64,000 nt of DNA from a virus. The notes under the pieces were generated by a model that had not been told where the DNA came from, made no database searches, and saw nothing but the letters and a program-made list of their open reading frames with translations. Shown here in pieces: positions 51,201 to 59,002 of this stretch. Location: IMG/VR virus record IMGVR_UViG_3300009709_000020, positions 1-64,000 of that record, one strand, 5' to 3'. The position numbers were made by a program, and so were the translations under genes. Position 1 is the stretch's first letter. Each line of letters begins with the position of its first letter.

Positions 51201-54200
51201 GAATTCGTTTGATAGTACAGTTGGATTTATGGTTAATTCTCCTATTAAATTCGGTTCAAATATTTCAGGATTAATCGAAAACCAAACATATTATGTTAAT
51301 TCCGTATTGAATACATATCAATTTACGGTATCAGACACTGTTTCAGGTAATGTATTATCAATTCCTGACCAAACCGTAAACTCTACTGCTATTCCTGGAA
51401 TAGTAGCTGACCAAGGCAGAATCACGGTCAACTATAAGGGCATTGTGACAATTACTGGTACAGAAAAAACCACAAATAAATTGTTCACTGAATTATCAGT
51501 CGCTGGCACCCAAGGAACAACAAACTTTTACAAGGGCGCACCCATCTTTTTCGTGGAAAACGTGTTTGGTAATATTGTGGAAAATCAAGTATATTATGTA
51601 AACACAATTGTTGATAATGAAACATTTACTGTAAATAAAGTCGATAATTTCATTACTACAGTGGTAACCGCAACAGATGGTTCAAACAATACTATTATAG
51701 TAGGTGATTCGACTGATTTTATCATTAACGATCCAATCATGATTGTAGGTGATCTAGCTGGAACAAATATAGTTTCAGGAAAACTGTACTATATTAACGA
51801 AATAGTTGACATAAATCATGTAAAAATTTCATTGTTAACCAACAATGAACCTGTTGTGCTGAACACAGTAGCAGATGTATTAGCTACTATGGATAATCAA
51901 AAAAATACTGTTCCATTAACAACAACCACAGGATCCATGATTGCTAACATGTCATTACCTGTAAGTCCCGGACAAATTGATGGACAGTTGTTCTCATTTT
52001 ACAAAACTTCCGGATTTAAATCAGGTTTAACATCTAGCACCTATTCAAACTTATTAACTGGTACCATTTCTGCTACAAATGGTTCCACTAATAGAATTTA
52101 TGTAGGAAGCATTGATACTACTACATATTATGAAAATATGCCGATAGAAGTATTTGCCACTGCAAATGGTCTATCAGTCAATACACCGTATTATATTACT
52201 AATATAGGTAAGGTATCATTGACAGTAACGTCAACTAATGGAACCATACTAACATGTAATTCCACCACCGAATTGTATTCAGGAATGAAAATAATCTTCT
52301 CTGGCAATTCATTAGGAACGTTAATTCTAGGTCAAGAATATTATGTGGTCGATGTATTAAGTCCAACAACATTTACGATTACAAACGTAAAAGGTTCTCC
52401 GGCAATCACATTGACTGCATCAACTGGTGCAATGCTTGGTGGAGGCGATAATTATTTCGAGTTGAGTCTATCTCCGGGTGGAAGCAATGTTGCATTAACT
52501 ACCGGTGTCACTTCAATTCAATACACACAATATATTACTTCATATCCGACAATTGATATTTCATACAGATTGGGAGGATATACTGCATTGATTGCCAATT
52601 CTGGATCCGGATTCTCGATCAACAATACCATTGTATTTTCAGGTTCAGCAGTAGGAGGAAGTTCACCTCAAAATGATATTACATTGAAGGTAAACACAGT
52701 AGATACCTTAGGACAAATTACAAGTGTTATTGTCACTGGAACTCCTCCTGCATTATCAGAAAACTTCTACTTAAAAGTTGTTTCTGATACGGAGTTAGAT
52801 ATTTTTTCTGACAAAGAATTAAAATCTTCTGTTCCTGCATCTAATTTGAACTACACTGGATATACCATGACTTCCGTATCCAGATTAACTGCTCCTTATT
52901 CGTTGACATTGGGATCGACCTCAGGCTTTTATGTTGGAGATTCGGTATATATCACTGGCGACAATACCGGAACATTCGTGGCAGGAAAAGAATATTTTGT
53001 GTATTCTATAACCTCTGACACAAACATGATTCTCTCTACCCTTCCCGGAGACAACACAACAATTGTTCCCGTAACAGACAATAATGTTACATTGACCATT
53101 GCAAAACCCGGTGATTTTATATTCCTGTCAGAACCATTCTATTTCACTCAATCAATCGTAAAATACAACAACAGACTATATGAGTGTGTTGTATCAAATC
53201 ATGATACCGAATTTGTGTTAGGCAAATGGAATGAAATTAATGCAAATGATATCAGATTAAATGCTTTGGATAGGACATTTGTTTATTATGATCCTACAGT
53301 AAATATGCCCGGAACTGATTTAACTCAATTGATTGATGGTCTAGTATATCCAAATCCAGTTTATATGGGTAACTATTTTGCACTTGATCAACAATATGAC
53401 GTTGATACTCATGTCGTAGACAATGATCCAAATGCAAGTTATACTATACAAGGAAATGATTTTTCATATAGCTATGGTCCAGAAGAACTTATGCCCGGAA
53501 AAATTCAAGACAACATTTCTGTTATTTCTTCTACATTACCGGGAACTAACTGGGACGTAGTTACATATGGGCATACGGGTTTTGACATCACGAATCTCGA
53601 AATAACTCCTTCAGGATCAACCCAAACTATTTTTAGTTTCAAAAACGAATCACAAACAGTATCCGGAATTACAGTGCAGGAAATTGATGGCACTACTGGA
53701 TTGGCTACAACTATGCCTATAAGTTCATATTCGATAGATTGGGTAAACAAAGAAATTATTTTAGCTACTCCTCTACCATATTATCCAATTATTAACAGGT
53801 TACAGATTGAATTGTTTGAAACTGGCAATGGATATCAATTAGCTAAATCTGACACTGATGATGCACCAATTATTACTAATACTAATACTGGTTTTAATGA
53901 AATCAATCTTGCGTGTAACTATAATGAAGCATTGATTTCAGGCAATGGCGTGCTAAAATATGATAGTACATTAATTACAGAAGCAGTGACAGAAACTGTT
54001 GCAGCGACCAATAGATTAATTTGCACTGATGTTTCATTGTTTACCATCGGCAAAGCCATTACATTTGAGGGAGGATTGTTCGGTGGAATAGTAGCAAATC
54101 AACCTTATTACGTAAAAACTATTAATCCTGCATCAAATACCATTACTATTTCAGATTCATTTGATTCCTCCACTGGTACGGTTGGTCCAGTACTGTCCGT

Positions 54201-56556
54201 AACAGATGATTCGGGATCAATGATTGCAATCATTCAAAATGGAAACGGTCTTGTATGGACAGATCCTTACGTATTGCACAATGGTACTAAATTAGTAGTA
54301 GGCGTAACAGATAAAATCTCTGCTATCAATAACAATGCATTGCAGACAATTTCCACTGAAAATATGGCGGTAGGCAATGAGATAACATTTGACACGTCTG
54401 CATTCGGGGGATTAATTCCTTTCAAGAATTACTACATAATTTCAATTAATAGTGCAACTTCATTTTCAATTTCCGAAACATTGGGTGGACCTACTGTAGT
54501 TTTAACAAATTCTTCAGGTGGTTCAACTTTTATCACAAATGATTATGCATTTGATGTGCAAACAGACGGAACAACTGCGAAAATTATTTTCGCAGAAACA
54601 GGTTTAACACAAGAAAATGATTATATATCATTTACTGTATTCGGTGAATCATTGCCCGATCAATATGGTTATTCTATTCCCGAAATTCAGAATTTTAAAG
54701 GAAATGGTTCAACTACGTACCAATTGACAAATTTCGTTGAATATGAAAACCCTGATCATGCAATAGTAGAGGTAAATGGGTTGAGAGTTATGCCAAATAC
54801 ATTCACAATCAATGGAGAATTGAACAATATTGTGTTTAATTCTGCAAAAACAAATGCAGATGAAATAAATGTTATGTCATTTAATGACACCAATAGGCAA
54901 TATCTAACAACATCAGATGTACTAACAGGAAAGTCAGTGGTTAATATTGTCAATGTTAACACATCTGTTTCAGATTATACTGTGCGTGGATGGGTAACCT
55001 CATCAAATAGTTCAAACAATCAATTAACTGCGGTATCTCCTGGAGGTACTACAGGAATGATTTCAGGACAATCTATTTCTTTCTACGGAACAAGCTTCGG
55101 TGGAGTTAATACAACGGATAAAGTTTATTACGTAGGAACAGTAGTATCTTCTAGTAACTTTACTATTGTCGATAACACCGGAACAGTGGTTACGTTGACC
55201 ACTGCTACTGGTTACATGGATTTTACTGTCGGAGGAATGGAAACCACTAGAATTACAACAGGAGCTCCTCACAATTTTACCACTAATGAGAAAGTAAGAA
55301 TGTATGGTATTGAAGGATCTATAGAACTAAACAATAACATATATTATGCAAGATATATTACGCCTACAGTATTTGATATATATACAGCACCATTTACACA
55401 AACATTGAGTGGTTCAAATTCTCCCGTAACTTCTGCAAGTTCATACACGGGTTCGGGCTATGCATCATCATTGGGACAATACAGAATTATTACAACTGAA
55501 TCCACTTCAATCAATTCTAACTTAATTGTATGTACTTCTGTTGACCGAATGATTCAAGGCAATCCAGTATATTTCTCTGCGGCCGGTTATCAGGATGGTG
55601 ACACAATAGTCTCTGGCATTGTGCAAGGACAAAAATATTATGTTGGTACAATTGATCCAAACGCCTTTGGGTTCAGCATCAGTACAACGCAATTTGGTCC
55701 TGATATTGTATTAACTAATTCAGTTCAGAACATGAATGTTACTTTATGGAATCAGCTAAATCCTGATAGAGTTTGGGTATATTTAAATGGTAAACGTGTT
55801 CCTTCATCAAAAATTACAATTTCTGATGTAAATGAAATTTCTATTAATAATGTTATTATTTCGTCAGACCAAATAATCATTACTAGCATGATTCCTACTG
55901 CTACTCCGCATGAACAAAAATTCATGAATATCATTGATTCGTCCGGTACGCAAACAATTTTTAACATGAATTCTCCATTCAGAACATGGTTGACACATGA
56001 TTTGTCAGCCACTGATACTGAATTATTTGTAAATGATGTAAGTAAGTTAACTGTAACAAAAATTCAAACAAATGTAGTAACTTTTGACACAGATGGCTAT
56101 TATGTGGGATTAAATGCTGATAAGAACAAGATTACATCAATTTCTGTTTTTAACGTGACCAGTCAGCAAACAATAGATACTGAACATTATGTATCACTTA
56201 TTTCAGGTATGTCGCCCGAAATAAGAATTGAACAAGGTGCGTGGATCAAACCCGGAGATACAGTAGAAATTACTATTTTGGAAGGAAATCTAATTTACGT
56301 TGCCGGAGAACAAATAATGTTTTCTGACATAAATGCTGAAACAAATTCAATTTCGGGCTTAGTAAGAGGTGTTAATGGAACCGGAACCGTTCCGATGATT
56401 AATGTGAACGAAACGGTTTATTGTCTTTTGGACGTAAATCAAATGAATGAAAATTACAATAATGTTATTTGGAATTCATATGAGTATAGTGCACTAGGTG
56501 ATCCACTACAGATTAGTAATACGGTTCCTGCGCAATTTCTGAACACCGAATTCTGA
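39286..56556 (+). CDS. Giant 5756-aa virion structural protein (baseplate wedge/appendage)
   Basis: Uninterrupted ORF after gp6; KNKGT and EVKPY wedge-like motifs; repeated YY(V/I) beta domains. Confidence 0.8.
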   Translation: MATIRTLSFLPEIYRTKKNAEILSGTLDNIVSEPTYSRIQGYIGSKFGNGIDASASYIPEVNKERTDYQLTPSVISLDDDTKNVSDFITYPGMVNELTNRGSITNNNASLFEGNTSSWDSFTDLDKLVNYHQYYWLPDGLPSVDITGNSATSVLNYQVTSDVSTYSIEEINATSTNFNPSITLVRGKTYTFAVNQNSQFWIQTEPGLLGKSTLNPAISTREIYGVTNNGSESGTITFTVPYENAQETFEFSTRYLVDITSDKLATSIIGNHLYDLVDPVTGNIIPGVNNIDGITDLDGKIIFFPDTELPSSAGSHTYTDGVVVYQMPYFSSTDFGYFYKIVYEEDPNNTGNPILTLQRLEAIPFNASIVAKYGLTNINVPYYQVSSLVFAKVPNLTARLTKLYYQDSEVSTKTGIFNIVDDTASVIIDINDILGKKTYTSPNNIVFTNGLKIKFDSYVHPSSYANIEYYVDGVGSSINLIPVLNLVCPESFSESEYNTFDNFPFDADTFDVSMYIPVEPDYITIARSAINENAWSRSNRWFHTDVISAAGTYNNSDYLTTYATSNAKAKRPIVEFYPNLKMFNSGTTSVPFVDFYDSTTTDAFSNVAGKLSYYADIDAYVPVSTIAGTVTSPVNSSSLVAGQAYQISSLGNTNWNLVVGTSNIIYYVGDTIVCKNAVSGTGTATFLATSTTATLNSNNATGTFSAGMFVATEDATLLPAGSYIFSATTDDSGITTLVIHWDDPQNILGGNAALIATNNSMDNYQLFSGARIIFSNDVDETVRNNIYTVNITQVEENEAPVIVLSLADQGEPILGTQTVILRGESFKGKSIYFDGISWNLAQQKITINQPPLFDVLDKNENSLSDASIYASSSFTGTKLFSYSIGTGAPDSVLGFPISYSSTNNIGDIAFTVDFNSDIFNYVNGANVVTENINTGYVYQYSTPSSFNRLLGWTASVAPVPQYQIFNFVYDSSTPVLKCDIEKSTNTIWPSIKVFYNNAYVNNDKYSVITDANSTEVTLITPPSDGTPVEVLLLSDQVSANGYYDIPTNLNNNPLNNSLEKVNLDEIRLQFNDIFINNGTITGSINGANSYRDSGNPIGYGTKLIQNQCPVVTPGLFLRDSSLNLQEALLFNSREYVKYKQLLTFTVQNSNYDVTYSPADILDDAIEQISLARTESNSFYWTDMLPSRVPYISKTYTFRNNTNNVALSLSKIYDFSVASYDSVLVYLIRVVNGKKNVIQLQKNVDYTVSSTATNVIITKQLLQNDIITVNEYNQTYASYVPHTPSKLGLYPLFVPEIILDNNLVTPTYFIKGHDGSYTKLYGSYDANTESLNDFRDIALFEFENRIYNNTKLSSTVPVIDLTEIKPGYFRDVPTFSDWLSVYTANFMNWAGQNRIDYTSHYFDKNNPFTFNYRNSSEKLTNTANNIGNWAGLYQYFYDTFTPHLTPWEMLGFSIKPSWWDARYGAAPYTSGNTILWNDLQLGFVWNDGDSYTKEKYARDRLAEIIPVDAAGNLLDPMTVLVGNYDANIFQADWIIGDTGPAELSYRRSSSYPFDIINAYSLLKPAKFYNLAIDLDVYQYNTEFGQWLTNGRNSLTLSDIKVYGSGIAKTSYLNWIVDYQKQHGIDASSYISNKLSNVDVRLTYRLAGFSDQTLLNFSLEKVSPNDNNTALKIPNENYNIILYNNQPHDQLTMSSVIIQKTGNNWAVYGNSQSSAYFVIDSPVINGKTIAVEYGSATVKVAQDYSQTKQYIPYGTIFYSTQEIAQFIKSYSSSLETKGVILDQTFNGSPINWDTMIQEFLYWSQTGWESGSAITLNPASTTLKITPPMGIVQPLTNSADNFILNQNLYPIKSKDLDVYRQDNSFTVSTLNPGDSMSYTQLDYASLEHGIVFDNTTMFNDVIYDLTTGLRQYRIMLSGRKTAEWNGTLTTNGFFLSQDNIVAWSTGTKYYAGNIVTYKNKYWAAQQTVEAASNFDTSVWKIVKTESIRYGMLPNSANRAYESTLFYDVDRSNLASDNDLLSMSLIGYRPRDYLALADLTTAAQLNVYKNFIKNKGTPNSLEVFNTVNLAQGELKYDIHENWAIKTSQFGDKNSGKYIEMQLDETQITGNASIISVTNGDVPAGTSQIVPINKLYNYNFNVLSPNILPLMESQDQQTAGYVSFDDVNVFSYNFSGLDNATDSTGNLLDINNLYTGDYIWVANFNGSWGVYSTVIQGTITSITYGSSYSTVTFSDPHELSVNDPIAVIQTTDDINGYYQVNTVVDSKTITIPYANALNSGKTIELLGFVLKLENKRYSTISSLPDIVNVFDKNDIYWIDEDSNGRWAVYQKTSNKYSLVDTISTLSGNNKAIVSEELGILITNGNNVDRYSMVGTDYLLTETINGGAGFGSSIATSDRTIFIANSITQQINVYYNNDTVLSSNSVLINTIDLACDKIWISEDGNYLYASDTSTNSINVIKKINYDISAEFMTAGRAYIIQTLGDSDWVSVGAIENSPNVVFVASGPITPSTGVAKEISYELGFTISGSETGFGTDFASSSTGHTIVVGSPDKIINSLQGVGGAYIYVQDAQTTKTSYQNNNNPEQIGIVFSNNAVIANAFTTVTGSNIYFSVPAGLKINDRVVFGGAYIENYGFNTSAVYYVQSVSPTYITVKSTISSNTPVLFDSITGISGQCYIQDNTVDVFVNGTVVTTDNYFIKNSTLTYIGNFSAGDIIAIVFSSYTLTQTLAGNNTTRIDSHYGSSVTIDRSGNEIFVSSPYEVSTSSEGSVYRYTNTAGISGTILGSNICNVTISGTVTINGYPIVIPIGNSVVASSVINNSKIPNIVASSVDGKVMISVINDSETIALQKIIINAPESLLTQLGILLRTNTQVIRSSDTYAKTGFGYSLAITDNELFVSSINSVCESQVTFDTVYKNDHTNTVFDNQTTLFYDVSPATGLVETFNLIEGPNYTRQYVYGQSLSVDDDDINFGNNLSIAGNNLVISSENATFNVNVFYGTEENWSVLRQESVTVDINSIDGINLYSKTNSVSLVNLDYIDPLNGKILGVARENIEFMSTVDPAKYNSVSSGITSVWGAEFVGMCWFDMSNTKWIDYNQTDITYNIKYFGKVFPGSDPAVYTWINSAYPPALYSGTGTVYDISKYCSKSTLDNSGNIITTYYFWVRNTNTITQNHTLADTVIENYIKNPAASGVAYCALLTPSSYALYNAVPYINGTDTIMHLGFSTGSDLEGNIHTEYSLIRENYEDDFLYGIPENTNTNLLPNHDLYPTSGEKTPYGLYLKLLDSFSGSNTFGNPVPDPFLPMPIQSGISIRPSQSMFMDRLSALENFVTYINNILASYPITETRTNITLLQTTGTYFNTNDYWSYENWWVEGFDNNTKPTRQVSVYADLNMLSVNAGTLVKVNDNGFGKFEIYQYTGDAWNRIGLESGTIQLSSNLYDYIDYNIGFDGSFFDTDSFDFCPSEETRYVIRGVFEQLLVDDLLSYRNPALIMLFEYIQSEEPAYGTNIDWLKKTSLVDISHDVRQLTQQNVYKSDNETFLEGFINEVKPYRVLIKDYLFTYSGIDEANIYATDFDLPASIMGSEFVTPMLTDTPNASNEFLPSDNIWNQNIYTDWFKYKGLSLAQENNYRIAYLSSYIDTSTREIEVDNSYVFPESGTITINGEILGYSGVNRALNLLTGIIRGVNNTTISTHFPGAEIFMDIPEIIMLNSGNNYASTPNVTAFIDTTIYPEPEIEMELEAIMSNGSVISINVLNPGQGYFTVPEIMIDPSYIIYFDDNSIDTALYTLNLYAPNLTTGDIIQFSGNNSSVPENIVNGAWYYVNVLETTPNTIIALYKTYRDSINDRARIKIGISGTTNTMALNAGARAVAVTTPNPVRDIKINLKFDRTTYRNRVLDWNEGVYYGSYFAGTLYDSSRISSSSYTLQNVYPNIDTILASNHGATFEIVNVENIEQTEWSTIVRTVTSVINNVITITPPSVLQNSFDSTVGFMVNSPIKFGSNISGLIENQTYYVNSVLNTYQFTVSDTVSGNVLSIPDQTVNSTAIPGIVADQGRITVNYKGIVTITGTEKTTNKLFTELSVAGTQGTTNFYKGAPIFFVENVFGNIVENQVYYVNTIVDNETFTVNKVDNFITTVVTATDGSNNTIIVGDSTDFIINDPIMIVGDLAGTNIVSGKLYYINEIVDINHVKISLLTNNEPVVLNTVADVLATMDNQKNTVPLTTTTGSMIANMSLPVSPGQIDGQLFSFYKTSGFKSGLTSSTYSNLLTGTISATNGSTNRIYVGSIDTTTYYENMPIEVFATANGLSVNTPYYITNIGKVSLTVTSTNGTILTCNSTTELYSGMKIIFSGNSLGTLILGQEYYVVDVLSPTTFTITNVKGSPAITLTASTGAMLGGGDNYFELSLSPGGSNVALTTGVTSIQYTQYITSYPTIDISYRLGGYTALIANSGSGFSINNTIVFSGSAVGGSSPQNDITLKVNTVDTLGQITSVIVTGTPPALSENFYLKVVSDTELDIFSDKELKSSVPASNLNYTGYTMTSVSRLTAPYSLTLGSTSGFYVGDSVYITGDNTGTFVAGKEYFVYSITSDTNMILSTLPGDNTTIVPVTDNNVTLTIAKPGDFIFLSEPFYFTQSIVKYNNRLYECVVSNHDTEFVLGKWNEINANDIRLNALDRTFVYYDPTVNMPGTDLTQLIDGLVYPNPVYMGNYFALDQQYDVDTHVVDNDPNASYTIQGNDFSYSYGPEELMPGKIQDNISVISSTLPGTNWDVVTYGHTGFDITNLEITPSGSTQTIFSFKNESQTVSGITVQEIDGTTGLATTMPISSYSIDWVNKEIILATPLPYYPIINRLQIELFETGNGYQLAKSDTDDAPIITNTNTGFNEINLACNYNEALISGNGVLKYDSTLITEAVTETVAATNRLICTDVSLFTIGKAITFEGGLFGGIVANQPYYVKTINPASNTITISDSFDSSTGTVGPVLSVTDDSGSMIAIIQNGNGLVWTDPYVLHNGTKLVVGVTDKISAINNNALQTISTENMAVGNEITFDTSAFGGLIPFKNYYIISINSATSFSISETLGGPTVVLTNSSGGSTFITNDYAFDVQTDGTTAKIIFAETGLTQENDYISFTVFGESLPDQYGYSIPEIQNFKGNGSTTYQLTNFVEYENPDHAIVEVNGLRVMPNTFTINGELNNIVFNSAKTNADEINVMSFNDTNRQYLTTSDVLTGKSVVNIVNVNTSVSDYTVRGWVTSSNSSNNQLTAVSPGGTTGMISGQSISFYGTSFGGVNTTDKVYYVGTVVSSSNFTIVDNTGTVVTLTTATGYMDFTVGGMETTRITTGAPHNFTTNEKVRMYGIEGSIELNNNIYYARYITPTVFDIYTAPFTQTLSGSNSPVTSASSYTGSGYASSLGQYRIITTESTSINSNLIVCTSVDRMIQGNPVYFSAAGYQDGDTIVSGIVQGQKYYVGTIDPNAFGFSISTTQFGPDIVLTNSVQNMNVTLWNQLNPDRVWVYLNGKRVPSSKITISDVNEISINNVIISSDQIIITSMIPTATPHEQKFMNIIDSSGTQTIFNMNSPFRTWLTHDLSATDTELFVNDVSKLTVTKIQTNVVTFDTDGYYVGLNADKNKITSISVFNVTSQQTIDTEHYVSLISGMSPEIRIEQGAWIKPGDTVEITILEGNLIYVAGEQIMFSDINAETNSISGLVRGVNGTGTVPMINVNETVYCLLDVNQMNENYNNVIWNSYEYSALGDPLQISNTVPAQFLNTEF

Positions 56557-56572
56557 TATGATAAATAATCAG

Positions 56573-56683
56573 ATGAATAATGATAAAAAACCTAATGAAA
56601 AGCTTGGTATCACGGTCGATAGTTCTTTAAAAATTATCGATCCTGATACCAAGCAGGTATTACTACACAAAAGGGCTGATTAA
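56573..56683 (+). CDS. 36-aa microprotein paralogous to the N-terminus of the next gene
   Basis: MNNDKKPNEKLGITVDSSLKIIDPDTKQVLLHKRAD*; TAAATA 5 nt upstream; TAATG overlap with next gene. Confidence 0.75.
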   Translation: MNNDKKPNEKLGITVDSSLKIIDPDTKQVLLHKRAD

Positions 56684-57294
56684 TGATCCAAACAAAACAT
56701 ACGGTTGAAGGATTTCTTAAAATTTTCGATCCAAACACGGATGAAATTGTATTGGAAAAAAATAATGCCATTAACTATGAGGCATTGTCTGAAGCAATTG
56801 CATATTCGTTGAGTAATAGAGGATACGGAGAAATATACCAAATGGCATTTGGTAGTGGTGGATCCTCTATTGACCAAACTGGTGTAATTACATATTTGCC
56901 ACCTAACACAACCGGTCAAAATACTACACTATATAACCAAACCTATCAAAAAATTGTGGATGACACGAGTGTTTACAATCTAGATCCTACCCGTAATTAT
57001 ATGACGGTGTTACATACCACAGGGAATTTATACACGGACATTTTAATTCAATGTTTGCTTGATTACGGTGAACCTTCCGGACAGGCAGCATTTGACAATA
57101 GCACCACACTAGATTCATCATACACGTTCGATGAAATCGGTATATTAGCAAATTACGGAACTGATTCTTCTGGTACACAACTATCCAGGTTATTAACGCA
57201 TGTTATTTTCAGTCCGATTCAAAAATCATTAAACAGGCAGCTACAAATCAATTATACGATTAGAATTCATAGCCTAAGTAGCACAGCATCATAA
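56683..57294 (+). CDS. Virion structural protein (baseplate/tail fiber associated)
   Basis: MAFGSGG, FDEIG, LLTHVIFSPIQKSLNR. Confidence 0.6.
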   Translation: MIQTKHTVEGFLKIFDPNTDEIVLEKNNAINYEALSEAIAYSLSNRGYGEIYQMAFGSGGSSIDQTGVITYLPPNTTGQNTTLYNQTYQKIVDDTSVYNLDPTRNYMTVLHTTGNLYTDILIQCLLDYGEPSGQAAFDNSTTLDSSYTFDEIGILANYGTDSSGTQLSRLLTHVIFSPIQKSLNRQLQINYTIRIHSLSSTAS

Positions 57295-57306
57295 TAGGAA
57301 TTTTAA

Positions 57307-58530
57307 ATGGCATATTCAATCGTTAGAAGTGATGGTCGAGTTTTAACAACTATTTCAGACGGTACCATCAACACCACTAGCACCTCTCTAGGCTTACCAG
57401 GAAAAAATTATTCCTCCTGGGGAGCAATATATGACACAAATTTTGTCAAGATTACAGAAAATTTTGCATCAAATACTCCGCCTGCTAATCCATTGCGTGG
57501 ACAACTTTGGTTTAACACTAATAATAATACATTGTGTGTTTGCCCATCTGATGGTCAAGCAAATGCAGCAGCATGGATTTCATTAACTTCAACTTCAAAT
57601 GTAGGAAGCACTACGTTTGGCAATGTAACAGCGATTGGTAATATCTCTGCTAATAATGTAAGTGCAAACAATTCAATGACAGCAAATACTATTTCATCAG
57701 GATATCTATCTGTAACTGCAAATACATCTCTAGCAAATGCAAATATTTCTTCTGCTACAATTGCAAGCATTGTTACTCCTAATATTAGTGCAGGAGGAAA
57801 TACTTCTGCTGGATCATTGACAGGTGTTTGGACTATTAATGGTTCAGTCGGCGGGGCAGGTGCATCATCATTGATACTAAACACTGGCGGCATTTCCATC
57901 AGTAATTCCTCTGGTGCAAATTTGTACGGAATTAAGTGTGACAACTATATGTATGCTAATGGTCAACCAGTACCATTAGGAATTACTTACTCTAATTCAA
58001 ATGTATCTGCATATTTGCCCACATATACCGGTAGAGTAGGTAATGTTACTGCAAATGCCTCCGCGCAATTTTTCGGTAATCTTCTTTCCACTGGTTCAAA
58101 TGTAAACATCGGTACAATAACAGGTAACTGGCAATTATCTGCTGGATCAACATTGCAAACAATTCATGCTGACTTAGCAGAACGTTATGAAGCAGATGAT
58201 GAATATCCAGTAGGCACTGTAGTCAAAGTCGGCGGAAACAACGAAATTACTGCGGCAACTAACAATGACACGGACAGTGTTTTGGGTGTAGTTTCTACTG
58301 GTTATGCATATCTAATGAATGCCGGCGCCGGGGATGACAAAACTCATCCTGCAATTGCTTTGGTAGGTAGAGTTCCTATTAGATGCGTAGGTCCGATATC
58401 GAAGGGTGATCAATTGATTCCTGTCGGTACAGGCTGCGCAAAAACATCGGCCGATGGCACAGGATTTGGTTGGGCCCTAGAAGATAATACGGATTCAGGT
58501 GAAAAATTAGTTATGTCAGTTATAAAATAA
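57307..58530 (+). CDS. Tail fiber-like protein with C-terminal chaperone/autocleavage-like domain
   Basis: ENFASNTPPANPLRGQLWF, N/S/G-rich shaft, ADLAERY...IALVGRVP. Confidence 0.7.
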   Translation: MAYSIVRSDGRVLTTISDGTINTTSTSLGLPGKNYSSWGAIYDTNFVKITENFASNTPPANPLRGQLWFNTNNNTLCVCPSDGQANAAAWISLTSTSNVGSTTFGNVTAIGNISANNVSANNSMTANTISSGYLSVTANTSLANANISSATIASIVTPNISAGGNTSAGSLTGVWTINGSVGGAGASSLILNTGGISISNSSGANLYGIKCDNYMYANGQPVPLGITYSNSNVSAYLPTYTGRVGNVTANASAQFFGNLLSTGSNVNIGTITGNWQLSAGSTLQTIHADLAERYEADDEYPVGTVVKVGGNNEITAATNNDTDSVLGVVSTGYAYLMNAGAGDDKTHPAIALVGRVPIRCVGPISKGDQLIPVGTGCAKTSADGTGFGWALEDNTDSGEKLVMSVIK

Positions 58531-58614
58531 CTAAATATTTGCATAACATCTGAGTTAAAAATTTTCTACAGCCTTTGAAAATTACCTTGACTCGACATAC
58601 CAGAGATGTTAATG

Positions 58615-58648
58615 ATCCTGCATTGCGTTTGTGATGCAGGATTTTTTA
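58615..58648 (+). terminator. Intrinsic terminator ending the tail operon
   Basis: ATCCTGCATTGC/GTGATGCAGGAT stem with two G-U pairs, followed by a T-run. Confidence 0.8.
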
Positions 58649-58661
58649 TTGGAGTAATTAA

Positions 58662-58967
58662 ATGGGTATGTTTAAAATGAGCACAGGTGATAGCTGGAAA
58701 CAAAATCCAACAAACCCTAACCCGAAATCATTTATAATCTTGAAAATGTATTGTTTTTCTGATATGTGGGTAGCTGAAATTAAATATCCGAATTGTACTA
58801 ATTTCGAAGGTATCAAGATTCTTGTTCTACGAGAAGATCCGTCAGGGATGTCTGAAATCGATCCTCATTTTTATGAGCAAGGGCCTATTGTAGCTCGATT
58901 TGAACCCAATGATAATGGTTGGAATCAAGCAATGTGGTTTGCCGAAACATTCTCCAAAAAGGATTGA
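58662..58967 (+). CDS. Hypothetical protein
   Basis: 101 aa, GGAG SD, promoter TTGACT-N17-TAATGA at 58587-58615. Confidence 0.75.
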   Translation: MGMFKMSTGDSWKQNPTNPNPKSFIILKMYCFSDMWVAEIKYPNCTNFEGIKILVLREDPSGMSEIDPHFYEQGPIVARFEPNDNGWNQAMWFAETFSKKD

Positions 58968-59002
58968 ATTGGCATTCAATGTGAAATAATTTTTACAGGC
59001 AT

